A DNA stretch of 64,000 bases. Origin: a virus. The notes under the pieces are model-generated. The model made no database searches and had not been told where the DNA came from. It worked only from the letters and a program-made list of their open reading frames with translations. Of this stretch, positions 1 to 7,998 are shown in pieces. Within the stretch, counting starts at the first letter, position 1; every line of letters starts with the position of its first letter. Both the position numbers and the translations under genes were made by a program. Where the stretch lies: IMG/VR virus record IMGVR_UViG_3300026076_000001; one strand, written 5' to 3'.

Positions 1-115
1 CCTTACTATCTGAGACCCGACTGGTAAGTCGATTCACGTTTTCAACGTGCAGCACCACCTGTGTCTCATCACCTTAACTAGCCTTATGCCAGCAAGTTTG
101 TTCAGTCACTCCCGT
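1..115 (-). ncRNA. manA-type structured RNA motif (runs off the window edge)
   Basis: Minus strand reads GGGAGTGACTGAACAAACTTGCTGGCATAAGGCTAGTTAAGGTGATGAGACACAGGTGGTGCTGCACGTTGAAAACGTGAATCGACTTACCAGTCGGGTCTCAG. Visible helices: TGAGAC/GTCTCA, CACGT/ACGTG, CGACT/AGTCG, CTGGC/GCTAG. Resembles the cyanophage manA motif as I recall it; sigma70 promoter just upstream. Confidence 0.7.
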
Positions 116-141
116 GTTGGGTTCGTCAACTCAACAAAAAT

Positions 142-169
142 ATTATAGCATAAAAAAAGAGGGTGTCAA
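142..169 (-). promoter_or_regulatory. sigma70-type (early) promoter
   Basis: TTGACA (164-169), 16 nt spacer, TGC-TATAAT (142-147). Confidence 0.8.
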
Positions 170-179
170 GCACCCTCTT
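152..179 (-). terminator. Rho-independent terminator overlapping the promoter
   Basis: AAGAGGGTG/CACCCTCTT stem (157-165/171-179) followed by a T7 run on the minus strand. Confidence 0.8.
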
Positions 180-225
180 GTAAGTTCCGATTGTAGAGAC
201 CGCACGAACGGTGTCTCAATCCTAT

Positions 226-621
226 TTAGAATGTGAACTTAGCACCTAGCTTTCCGCCCCAGTCAACGATGTTGTCGCCAGAAGCGTCTTCACCATTAGT
301 AGCACCAGAGATCTCAGCATAGATTCCTAGATCCTCAGATACAGGAACAGAAGCACCGATCTTACCAGAAAGTTCTGTCTCTGTGTCATCTGTAGACTCA
401 GTATGAGCTAGAGAAGGACCACCTTGTACGTAATATGCGATCTTACCTTCAGTACCTGTTGTACCCTCATATCCAATGTGGATATCAGTTGTTGCAGCAG
501 AATAAGATCCGTCAGGATAGGTAAGGTTTGATTCTACATTCACATATGGACCAGCAAAAGCTGCACCAGCGAGAAGGAATGGAGATGCTGCTACCGCAGC
601 GATTGTTGATTTAATAGACAT
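226..621 (-). CDS. Host-like outer-membrane beta-barrel / porin-like exported protein
   Basis: Start at MSIKST (621). Signal peptide ending AAFA, alternating beta-strand pattern, C-terminal KFTF (OMP signature). Confidence 0.6.
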   Translation of the reverse strand: MSIKSTIAAVAASPFLLAGAAFAGPYVNVESNLTYPDGSYSAATTDIHIGYEGTTGTEGKIAYYVQGGPSLAHTESTDDTETELSGKIGASVPVSEDLGIYAEISGATNGEDASGDNIVDWGGKLGAKFTF

Positions 622-640
622 TTGTAAATTTGAAAGTATC

Positions 641-725
641 TCGCAAGAAAAAATCCCTGCGGATGATAGCACCCTCGACTAGGGTACTGTTTGCATCTAC
701 ACAGGGTTACGATTGTTTCGAGTCC
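641..725 (-). ncRNA. Candidate structured 5' leader of the porin-like gene
   Basis: Nested helices: UCGUAA/UUGCGA (707-712/641-646), CCCUGUG/CGCAGGG (700-706/655-661), GAUG/CAUC, AGUACCCU/AGGGUGCU (681-688/668-675). A U-rich tract follows. Confidence 0.55.
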
Positions 726-737
726 TTTGTATGATGG

Positions 738-745
738 TATTTATA
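738..745 (-). promoter_or_regulatory. T4-type late promoter TATAAATA
   Basis: Exact T4 late consensus in the intergenic region. Confidence 0.7.
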
Positions 746-768
746 ATAACATAACTTTACATTATATG

Positions 769-1188
769 TCAAGCCCTTTGAAATAAGTACGGATCCCTAC
801 CACCAAATACTCTGATTCCATCCTTTAAACCTATGTCATAGCACTCGATCGAGTCCTCTGTCATCTTGAAGTAACTTTCCACGTTAGCATCTCGCATCTT
901 ACATTGGACATCAACCTCACCATTCCAAGCAGTACCATCAAAGGTACATATCATATCACAGTCAGGAATTTCAGACTCAACCAGTACCACATCGTCTGCT
1001 ATATGCTGTAGCCTGTGGTACCTCTCACGATATGGTTTGTCCTCACCCTCATACTCATACCATTGTTTGCAATGGATAATACCATCACGTTCTTCCTCGT
1101 AAGAAAGATATACGTGTGCCCATTTAGTAGGGTTGGACTGTGCTTGCTTTAAGTTTGTCCACCTACCTAGCAACCAATCTTTAAACAT
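769..1188 (-). CDS. cpeT: CpeT/CpcT-family phycobilin lyase-like protein
   Basis: W.N..QA.SNP..WAHV and KPYRERYH motifs typical of T-type lyases. Confidence 0.8.
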   Translation of the reverse strand: MFKDWLLGRWTNLKQAQSNPTKWAHVYLSYEEERDGIIHCKQWYEYEGEDKPYRERYHRLQHIADDVVLVESEIPDCDMICTFDGTAWNGEVDVQCKMRDANVESYFKMTEDSIECYDIGLKDGIRVFGGRDPYLFQRA

Positions 1189-1426
1189 TTAAAACCTGAA
1201 TCACTTCTGGGAATCTTTCTTGGATCAGACGTTCGATACCCATCTTCATAGTTTCTGCACTCATAGCACATCCAGCACAAGCACCTAGCATCCTTACCAT
1301 AACCACTGGACCTTCCTTAGTATAGTCTATGGCTACGTACTCTAGATACCCTCCATCTGCTTCTATGTAAGGACGTATCTCATCCAGTACATTGTTTACG
1401 TTTAAATCAGTCAGTTCCATATTCAA
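1181..1426 (-). CDS. nifU: NifU/Nfu-type Fe-S cluster scaffold/carrier domain
   Basis: VLDEIRPYIEADGG...GACAGC (CxxC)...GIERLI. Confidence 0.85.
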   Translation of the reverse strand: MNMELTDLNVNNVLDEIRPYIEADGGYLEYVAIDYTKEGPVVMVRMLGACAGCAMSAETMKMGIERLIQERFPEVIQVLNV

Positions 1427-2045
1427 ATAAGAAATCGTGGACTAGGGAATGTGCTTTCTCTGCACCGAACTTACCCTTAAGGTATCCAGCAACAGGATCA
1501 AGCTTAATCATATAGTTATCAAAATCTTCGTACACTTTAGTGTCTGTTCCATCTGGTATCTCCCAATCAAGTAACTTCTCATACTCATCGAGATACTTTT
1601 CAAACATTTCTAGATGGTCATCCACCTCATCCATTGTACAGTATGCTATGTATATGTTCTCAGAAAAATGGTTACCTTTCTCAAAGAATCTATAATCACC
1701 TTCATACTTTGGTAGTGCTGGTACAGACATCAAGTAGTTCTCTACTGGATGTTGGAAATCAAATACAATAATGACTCTCTTCTCATTGAATCCCATTAGA
1801 TCCATACCAAAACAAGGCAGGTTGCCACACCATCCGTTAGCACCTGTCTTGGGGTAAATTATATTGTTATAAATGTTTGCTCTCTTGTCCCATATATCTA
1901 CCTCTCTGGACTTGAGAATATGTTCACCTGTATATGTCTTAGCTACTAGATTAGCATCTTTGTCTTGCCAATCTGCCCAAGTGTTCTGTTCTTTTAAATC
2001 AAACTTCTCAAACAGAATACGTTTGTAATTTTTCCAAAGTGTCAT
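1407..2045 (-). CDS. pebS: Phycoerythrobilin synthase (ferredoxin-dependent bilin reductase)
   Basis: LPCFGMDLM.F..KRVIIVFDFQHP, YRFFE.GNHFS and LDPV.GY...KFG motifs of phage PebS. Confidence 0.92.
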   Translation of the reverse strand: MTLWKNYKRILFEKFDLKEQNTWADWQDKDANLVAKTYTGEHILKSREVDIWDKRANIYNNIIYPKTGANGWCGNLPCFGMDLMGFNEKRVIIVFDFQHPVENYLMSVPALPKYEGDYRFFEKGNHFSENIYIAYCTMDEVDDHLEMFEKYLDEYEKLLDWEIPDGTDTKVYEDFDNYMIKLDPVAGYLKGKFGAEKAHSLVHDFLFEYGTD

Positions 2046-2656
2046 CCGTGGGATTCCTCATCAAGTACAAGATTAAAACTCACAATTATCTTTTCTTCAT
2101 CCGATGTATTGGGAGTAGTTTGGTGCTCCAACCATCCAGGAAACATAAGTAACATACCCTCATAGGGTTCGATCTCTATATCAGTTGCAGTCTGAAAGAT
2201 AAGATCGGGGTGATTAAAATGATTAATTACATTAGCAAAAGGATTGAAGAACTGAATTGCTCCACATCCTTCTGGATGTCGTACATAATATGCACCACTA
2301 ATATGTGAATTAGAATGGCTATGTCTAGGAATCAATGATCCTGGTTCATAGACTGTCCACCACGCTTGGTACCTCATAAAATTAACTTCAGGAACAAACT
2401 CTCTATATGCTTTATAGATGTGTCCCATAATATGTTTCATTAAAGGTTTGTACCTTTCTTCCTGAAACAAATTAAAATCATAGTAGGAGGTCTCGCCGTG
2501 TTCACCACGTGTAAATGGTCCTTGAACGGATCTCCATTTGACATCATATGATAAGTGCTTTCTATCCTCTTGAATCAATGCAATCATATCATCAAAAGAA
2601 GGAGGTGAAGTATTCACCTCCAAGACTGAAAACACATCACGAGTGTGCTTCTTCAT
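2042..2656 (-). CDS. 2OG-Fe(II) oxygenase-like cupin (TIGR02466-like)
   Basis: HSH..S.ISGAYYV...GMLLMFPGWLEH...IIVSFN. Confidence 0.8.
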   Translation of the reverse strand: MKKHTRDVFSVLEVNTSPPSFDDMIALIQEDRKHLSYDVKWRSVQGPFTRGEHGETSYYDFNLFQEERYKPLMKHIMGHIYKAYREFVPEVNFMRYQAWWTVYEPGSLIPRHSHSNSHISGAYYVRHPEGCGAIQFFNPFANVINHFNHPDLIFQTATDIEIEPYEGMLLMFPGWLEHQTTPNTSDEEKIIVSFNLVLDEESHG

Positions 2657-3006
2657 TCCTCTTTTGGTAGTTCTCCCTGAGCTACAGCAGTGTCTGTATC
2701 ACCAAAGGTAATGAGATCATTACCAATGCTACCATAGTTAATATCGAAATTAACAGTGTCAGCAGCAATACAAGGAGTTTCACCGCCCAAATCGAATTGA
2801 ATGTGATCATCTCCTAGTCCTCCAATATACTCAGGATATGGTGAGTTAGTATAGAGTGGAGTGCTTTCCTTCTGTGTCTCTGCAATACTGCGAAGACCTA
2901 GATAATGATCCCACAATTTTTGCAGTGTATCAACACTCAAATCATCTGTTAGTCCCTGAAGAACTGCTTGTTTAGCAGCTTCAGCAGATGCAGTGTATAC
3001 AGTCAT
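2653..3006 (-). CDS. Hypothetical acidic phage protein
   Basis: Coupled ORF (ATGA overlaps); short D.I.F repeats. Confidence 0.65.
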   Translation of the reverse strand: MTVYTASAEAAKQAVLQGLTDDLSVDTLQKLWDHYLGLRSIAETQKESTPLYTNSPYPEYIGGLGDDHIQFDLGGETPCIAADTVNFDINYGSIGNDLITFGDTDTAVAQGELPKEE

Positions 3007-3164
3007 AGTGTCTCCTGTAAATAACAGTACTTAAATCTCTTACGGTTGTCCTTGTCTAGTAGAAACTCTTCGAGACGGAACTCGCCTCCTTCTGCTTCTA
3101 CCTCCTCTCGGATTTGAATCACCCTTCGTGCTGCTGCATTAGAAGGCTTTAAGATGTACGCCAT
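3003..3164 (-). CDS. Small hypothetical protein (53 aa, MAYILKPSNAAARR...)
   Basis: Translated by hand. Fills the gap with TAATG and ATGA overlaps at both ends; missing from the ORF track. Confidence 0.6.
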   Translation of the reverse strand: MAYILKPSNAAARRVIQIREEVEAEGGEFRLEEFLLDKDNRKRFKYCYLQETL

Positions 3165-3391
3165 TAAAATACCTCATTTTCAATTAGGTCTGCTTCAATT
3201 GAATCCAAGATAACATTGTAGTCATCTTCTGGATCATCATATAGTTGCACACCTCTGTCTTCGTAGAATCTGATTAGTCTTTGATATAGTCTTGGGTGAT
3301 CCCACTCTAGATCTATATCTCCTTGAATTGCCTTGGTTAGTTTTTGATACTCCTTGTGAAATTTTGAAACAAATGCAGATTTACTAGCCAT
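3164..3391 (-). CDS. Hypothetical phage protein
   Basis: ORF downstream of a strong sigma70 promoter. Confidence 0.65.
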   Translation of the reverse strand: MASKSAFVSKFHKEYQKLTKAIQGDIDLEWDHPRLYQRLIRFYEDRGVQLYDDPEDDYNVILDSIEADLIENEVF

Positions 3392-3412
3392 TGTCTTCTA
3401 TAGAACGTTTGC

Positions 3413-3441
3413 AGTATAGGATAAATTAGGATCCGTGTCAA
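3413..3441 (-). promoter_or_regulatory. sigma70-type promoter
   Basis: TTGACA (3436-3441), 17 nt spacer, TATACT (3413-3418). Confidence 0.8.
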
Positions 3442-3609
3442 CTAGATGTCACACGGTGGATAAGTCAGGTCATTTGGATCCTGAGGAACCATCATATACT
3501 TTGTGCCATCTGATCTAGTAACCAGAAAGACTTCACCTTTCTCAACACGATCAAGATATTCATCTTGGTTCTTGCTGACCTCTTCCTCAGTGACTTCAAC
3601 TATGCTCAT
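3442..3609 (-). CDS. Phd/YefM-like small protein (55 aa)
   Basis: Translated by hand: MSIVEVTEEEVSKNQDEYLDRVEKGEVFLVTRSDGTKYMMVP. Matches the Phd N-terminal pattern (..l.rV..GE.v.ITR.G....lvP). Confidence 0.5.
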   Translation of the reverse strand: MSIVEVTEEEVSKNQDEYLDRVEKGEVFLVTRSDGTKYMMVPQDPNDLTYPPCDI

Positions 3610-4285
3610 TTTTCTCCATTAATTTAGACCAGTCTTCGTTGAATTTTCTAAGACCATCATCAGTCATAATGTGTTGGTACATCTTATCAAAAATAGAAGG
3701 TGGGATGGTACAGATGTCAGCACCTTGTGCGAAACTATACTCAACATCACCAACTGTACGGATAGATGCTGCCAAGATCTCAGGTTGATCATACTTCTGT
3801 ATGTTAAACAGTTTGTAGGAAGGAGATAAAACCTCACGTATCCTACTGATCAAACTGACACCACCAAATCGTTGGTCGTCCACACGTCCAACAAAAGGCG
3901 ATAGGTACTTAGCACCACTCTTAACCGCCAATATAGCTTGTGATACAGAGAAGATCAAAGTTACGTTAACTTCAACATCTCTCTCACTTATTTCAAGGCA
4001 AGCTTTTAGACCCTCTTTAGTACAGGGTACTTTAATTGTTACATTGTCTCCAATATTAATATATGGTTGAGCCAACTCAACCATCTCGTCTGCTGTATCT
4101 GCTGTTACTTCTGCTGAGATACTAGCATCATCCTCAAACAGGTCAGACATACGTCGAATGACCTCGTGAGGATCCTTACCTTCCTTAAGCATCAAAGAAG
4201 GGTTTGTTGTAACACCATCAATCAAACCTGTAGTAAGGTGTTCACGAACTACGTCCACTGATGACGTATCCAAAAAGATTTTCAT
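3596..4285 (-). CDS. talC: Transaldolase (TalC/FSA family)
   Basis: KIFLDT, GVTTNPSL, TIKVP (Schiff-base Lys), YLSPFVGR, ILAASIR. Confidence 0.95.
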   Translation of the reverse strand: MKIFLDTSSVDVVREHLTTGLIDGVTTNPSLMLKEGKDPHEVIRRMSDLFEDDASISAEVTADTADEMVELAQPYINIGDNVTIKVPCTKEGLKACLEISERDVEVNVTLIFSVSQAILAVKSGAKYLSPFVGRVDDQRFGGVSLISRIREVLSPSYKLFNIQKYDQPEILAASIRTVGDVEYSFAQGADICTIPPSIFDKMYQHIMTDDGLRKFNEDWSKLMEKNEHS

Positions 4286-4287
4286 TG

Positions 4288-4941
4288 TCAGGTTTTAGGT
4301 ACTGTATAAGTATACCACACTTCATCGGGTCTGTAACCCTGAAGTAATGGATCACGTGTAACACAAAAAGAATCGAAGGCTGCACTAAGTCGTACACCTT
4401 CGCCTTTGTATGCTCTTACAGCGTGAGGTAGATTCGGAGGGAACAAAGTAAATTGTCCAAATTTGTTTTCGATATCAACCTTCACACCATCTATAATATA
4501 TGTAGTCGCTGTTTTTATATTTGAACCCAAAAATATATTCCCTGATACCGACTGCGGAAAATCTTTATAATTGTCAGGTACACCTAGGTGTGCGTGGGGG
4601 TATATTTTGTTACCTAATCGAAGGATGTTACCCCAACATTTTATACGGACACCCTCACCTTCATTAAGTGATAGGTAATCCTCTATACATTGCTTAACAT
4701 ACGGTAACCCGACTTCATACCATACCTTACTAACATTGAAGAGGTTGTAGTAAGACATCTTACCAGTGATCTGGTCTTCTGGATACCTATATTGTGACTC
4801 ACCTAACCCTAGGATCTCATCTTCGTGTGATAGTAATGCATCTCGTAAGAGACAAGCACTATCATAATCCATCTGGTAGTGTTTTATTTCTCCGTCCAAA
4901 ACCAACTCTGAGGATATTTTTGCTGTGTATATGTCATCCAT
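4288..4941 (-). CDS. 2OG-Fe(II)/cupin oxygenase-like protein, tandem paralog A
   Basis: WGNILR...PHAH...SGNIFL...LFPPNLPHAV...R.SAAFD. Confidence 0.65.
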   Translation of the reverse strand: MDDIYTAKISSELVLDGEIKHYQMDYDSACLLRDALLSHEDEILGLGESQYRYPEDQITGKMSYYNLFNVSKVWYEVGLPYVKQCIEDYLSLNEGEGVRIKCWGNILRLGNKIYPHAHLGVPDNYKDFPQSVSGNIFLGSNIKTATTYIIDGVKVDIENKFGQFTLFPPNLPHAVRAYKGEGVRLSAAFDSFCVTRDPLLQGYRPDEVWYTYTVPKT

Positions 4942-5525
4942 CTCTTACCTGACACTTCACCTTGTGGATCTCTACTCTTAACTAACACATCAAATGCAGC
5001 ACTAACTCTTACTCCCGAACCTTTATATGTACGTACTGCGTGTGAAAGATTAGGAGGGAACAATGTGAACTGCCCATATTTGTTTGGTATATCTATCTTC
5101 TCACCATCAAGAATATATGTTGTAGCTGTAGGACAGTCTGCACCTAGAAATATATTACCACAAACTGACTGAGGATTATCTAAGTAATCATCTGGTACAC
5201 CAAAGTGTACGTGAGGATATACTTTTCTATTCTCTCTCAGTATATTACCCCAAGATTTAATAGCAACTTCTTCACCTTCTTTAAGTTTTAGATACTCACC
5301 GACAATCTCTTTAATGAAAGGTAATCCTACGTTATTCCAGATCCTTTCATCATTAACAAGATTATAATAATTCATCTTGCCTGTGATAGTATCATCAGGA
5401 TAGTTGTGAGTGGAATCACCAAGTCCTAGAATAGTTTCTTCCGAGTCAAGCAATGCTTTCCTCAAACTATCTGCCATATTTTTAGGAGCAGTCCAGAACC
5501 TGATCCCATAGTCACTTAGTTTCAA
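4884..5525 (-). CDS. 2OG-Fe(II)/cupin oxygenase-like protein, tandem paralog B
   Basis: Collinear with paralog A (PHVH, LFPPNLSHAV). Probable TTG start at 5525; the track's upstream part overlaps the neighbouring gene. Confidence 0.65.
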   Translation of the reverse strand: MKLSDYGIRFWTAPKNMADSLRKALLDSEETILGLGDSTHNYPDDTITGKMNYYNLVNDERIWNNVGLPFIKEIVGEYLKLKEGEEVAIKSWGNILRENRKVYPHVHFGVPDDYLDNPQSVCGNIFLGADCPTATTYILDGEKIDIPNKYGQFTLFPPNLSHAVRTYKGSGVRVSAAFDVLVKSRDPQGEVSGKRWMTYTQQKYPQSWFWTEK

Positions 5526-5766
5526 AATTAATCTTCCTAATTTTGCGTTGTCTGCGGTTCTCTTGGAACTGCCTATCTGCTTGAGATAGAACACCATCAT
5601 CACTAGCACTATACTTGTCTTGTGAGATAATGTCAACCTCATTTAGATTAACAGCTGTTACAGTGTTACCTGTGACAGTAGCCATATTAGGACAACCACA
5701 ACACTTGGTTTCTATGGTGTAGCTAGTCAGTTCTTTCCCGCATTTGTTACATCGAATCGTTATCAT
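5512..5766 (-). CDS. Small Zn-ribbon protein
   Basis: CNKC...CCGCPN; basic C-terminus. Confidence 0.65.
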   Translation of the reverse strand: MITIRCNKCGKELTSYTIETKCCGCPNMATVTGNTVTAVNLNEVDIISQDKYSASDDGVLSQADRQFQENRRQRKIRKINFETK

Positions 5767-6557
5767 TTGAATAGAAAACTAAATGGACATTTCTTTTCTT
5801 CTTTGTCGTCTTTAATCAATCCCCAAGATTTGTATGGTAACCAGTTCTTAAGACCTTGACTTAACTTAAACAGTCTCCTTACACTAGTGGGTGGTTTAAT
5901 ACCTGGCCATCTCTCTATCTGATATTCACCATCGCCACCACGGAATCTAATACAATACAAAGGAGTACCACGTGGGACATCAACCTTCTCTGCGTGACAA
6001 CGATAAGCACCATTAATAGATCTATACCACCTGCCTAAGGGAAACTCTGCGGTGATTAGTTCCATACCTGTTTTATGATGTAAGTCAGGAAATGGTACCA
6101 TTTCTACCCACAAGTTCTTGTTGGGTCTCTTTGGCCAAAACATCATACTCTGTGCCCACTGAAGAACAAGAAAGTCTTTATAAGGATACTGCTGTCTATG
6201 AATCTTACGTAGATCATTAGGATCAAACGAACCTATAGTACCCTCTTGAATATAAAGATAATCAAGTGCTCTATGTCTATCAAAATTAGTGTCGTAAACT
6301 AGACCGTCAGACTTCTGCCACCTGAATGAAATATCAAGTTGATTAAAAACTACATATGTATTTCCCCAATAATGTTGCCAAGCAGGACACTTATAATAAC
6401 TATGCTTCTCGTGTTGCTCCTTAGCGTATTGTATATATGAAATAGGAGGGATGTAGAACTCAGGTATAATTGTAGGGTGTGACAAATCAGTCTGGTCAGG
6501 GCTAGCATTACCCGCCATAGTCTGATAGTTTGGATGCCAATATACTTTAGTAGTCAC
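5763..6557 (-). CDS. Hypothetical protein with possible dUTPase/dCTP-deaminase-like fold, paralog 1
   Basis: KCPAW..YW.NT.VVF.QLD and RGTPLYCIRF; paralogous to 6554-7366. Confidence 0.5.
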   Translation of the reverse strand: MTTKVYWHPNYQTMAGNASPDQTDLSHPTIIPEFYIPPISYIQYAKEQHEKHSYYKCPAWQHYWGNTYVVFNQLDISFRWQKSDGLVYDTNFDRHRALDYLYIQEGTIGSFDPNDLRKIHRQQYPYKDFLVLQWAQSMMFWPKRPNKNLWVEMVPFPDLHHKTGMELITAEFPLGRWYRSINGAYRCHAEKVDVPRGTPLYCIRFRGGDGEYQIERWPGIKPPTSVRRLFKLSQGLKNWLPYKSWGLIKDDKEEKKCPFSFLFK

Positions 6558-7366
6558 GGTAGAAAATCAGTAGCACTTACAACAGGACACTTACCGTCCT
6601 TTTTAATCAAATTCCAAGACACTTTCTGAGCCCATTGCTTGAGTGCAGCGTGTTGATTGGAACGTATCTTCAACCACTCAGGTGGTTCTGGATCCTTCCA
6701 GCGTTGAAGATTATAAAGGTTGTTCTTACCACCTTTAAACCTCATAGTATATAAAGGATCTCCTCTCTTGATCTTGAAACTACTTCCGTGTGCTTTGAAT
6801 GCAGGGTTTGCTGCCTTATACCACCTACTAAAGGGGTACTCCACACTAATAAATTCAAGTCCAGTCTTATGAAAGAGTGATGGGTAAGCAGCTAACTCAA
6901 CCCATATATTTCTATTCTTATTAGGTAGCCACATAAAGATTAGTTGTGGCATTTGGAACACTAGATTACCCTTATAAGGACAACCAATACGTGTACTATC
7001 CCAACTGAAATCCTTATCTATAAGAGAACCTTCATTGATTAAGATATGATCTCTGAATGCCTGTGTAGAGAATGATGTCTTAGTAACCCTTCCAGTGTCC
7101 TTATTATACTCAACCTCTAAATCTAACTGAGAAAATACTACCCAAGTATTATTCCAATAACTCTTCCAAGCAGGGCACTCCCAATAAGTATGTGCCTCGT
7201 GGGTCTTCTGCTCATAGTCTAGTACACGTTGAGGTGGTATGTACACACTCTCTTGATGAAGAGGATGATCCCAAATATCTGATGGATGGACACCTTGCTC
7301 TGTCTCTGTAGTCTGCTCAACATATCCAACAGGTAAGTGATGACAAGGGGTATAATATATCTTCAT
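6554..7366 (-). CDS. Hypothetical protein with possible dUTPase/dCTP-deaminase-like fold, paralog 2
   Basis: ECPAW..YW.NT.VVF.QLD and RGDPLYTMRF; start MKIYY at 7366 (TAATG coupling). Confidence 0.5.
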   Translation of the reverse strand: MKIYYTPCHHLPVGYVEQTTETEQGVHPSDIWDHPLHQESVYIPPQRVLDYEQKTHEAHTYWECPAWKSYWNNTWVVFSQLDLEVEYNKDTGRVTKTSFSTQAFRDHILINEGSLIDKDFSWDSTRIGCPYKGNLVFQMPQLIFMWLPNKNRNIWVELAAYPSLFHKTGLEFISVEYPFSRWYKAANPAFKAHGSSFKIKRGDPLYTMRFKGGKNNLYNLQRWKDPEPPEWLKIRSNQHAALKQWAQKVSWNLIKKDGKCPVVSATDFLP

Positions 7367-7998
7367 TAATAATGTTGTGCAGAGTGAATTGGTTGACCAA
7401 ATTGCAACCACGAACCATTAACATAGTCTTTATGTGCATCTGACTCTTGACTTCTTTCAAAGTCTGCATTGAAATCAAATACATCTTTGTCTATTTTCTC
7501 ATACTTTACTGCATATGTAAACCTTACGTGGTTCCTAAACGGTGTAGCTCTATGCCAATGAATTCCATTAAACATAAGTGCTCTGTTAGGTAATGGTAGA
7601 CTACCATATACGTGGTCATCATCTACAAATTCAGTACAACCACCTTCATTCTTGTCCCATTCTAACTGTGGATAGTATAGCACAGTATATGATTTCAAAC
7701 CAGGTGCATCAATAGTATCTTGATGAAACTGAGGTTGTTCATAAGGCATATAACAATTGATATACATCCTTACTACTTCAAAGTCCTTTACAATAGGAAA
7801 CTTTTCCCTACAAAGGACATCGAATTTCTTATAGATCTCCTCACTGTCATTCATATTGACAGTGAGACCTGTTGGTAGATCAGGGTTCATATCAACTTCA
7901 CCCCACCTAGCCTGACCTCTATTCATTGCATAGTTATATGCCTTCTGATGCAATCTTGGTTCCAGAAAACTATCTACTGTGTACAACTCAAGTGTCAT
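7366..7998 (-). CDS. 2OG-Fe(II) oxygenase (prolyl-4-hydroxylase-like)
   Basis: FHQD...YTVLYYP..W....GG.T.F...NRALMFNG..WHRA...RFT. Confidence 0.85.
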   Translation of the reverse strand: MTLELYTVDSFLEPRLHQKAYNYAMNRGQARWGEVDMNPDLPTGLTVNMNDSEEIYKKFDVLCREKFPIVKDFEVVRMYINCYMPYEQPQFHQDTIDAPGLKSYTVLYYPQLEWDKNEGGCTEFVDDDHVYGSLPLPNRALMFNGIHWHRATPFRNHVRFTYAVKYEKIDKDVFDFNADFERSQESDAHKDYVNGSWLQFGQPIHSAQHY

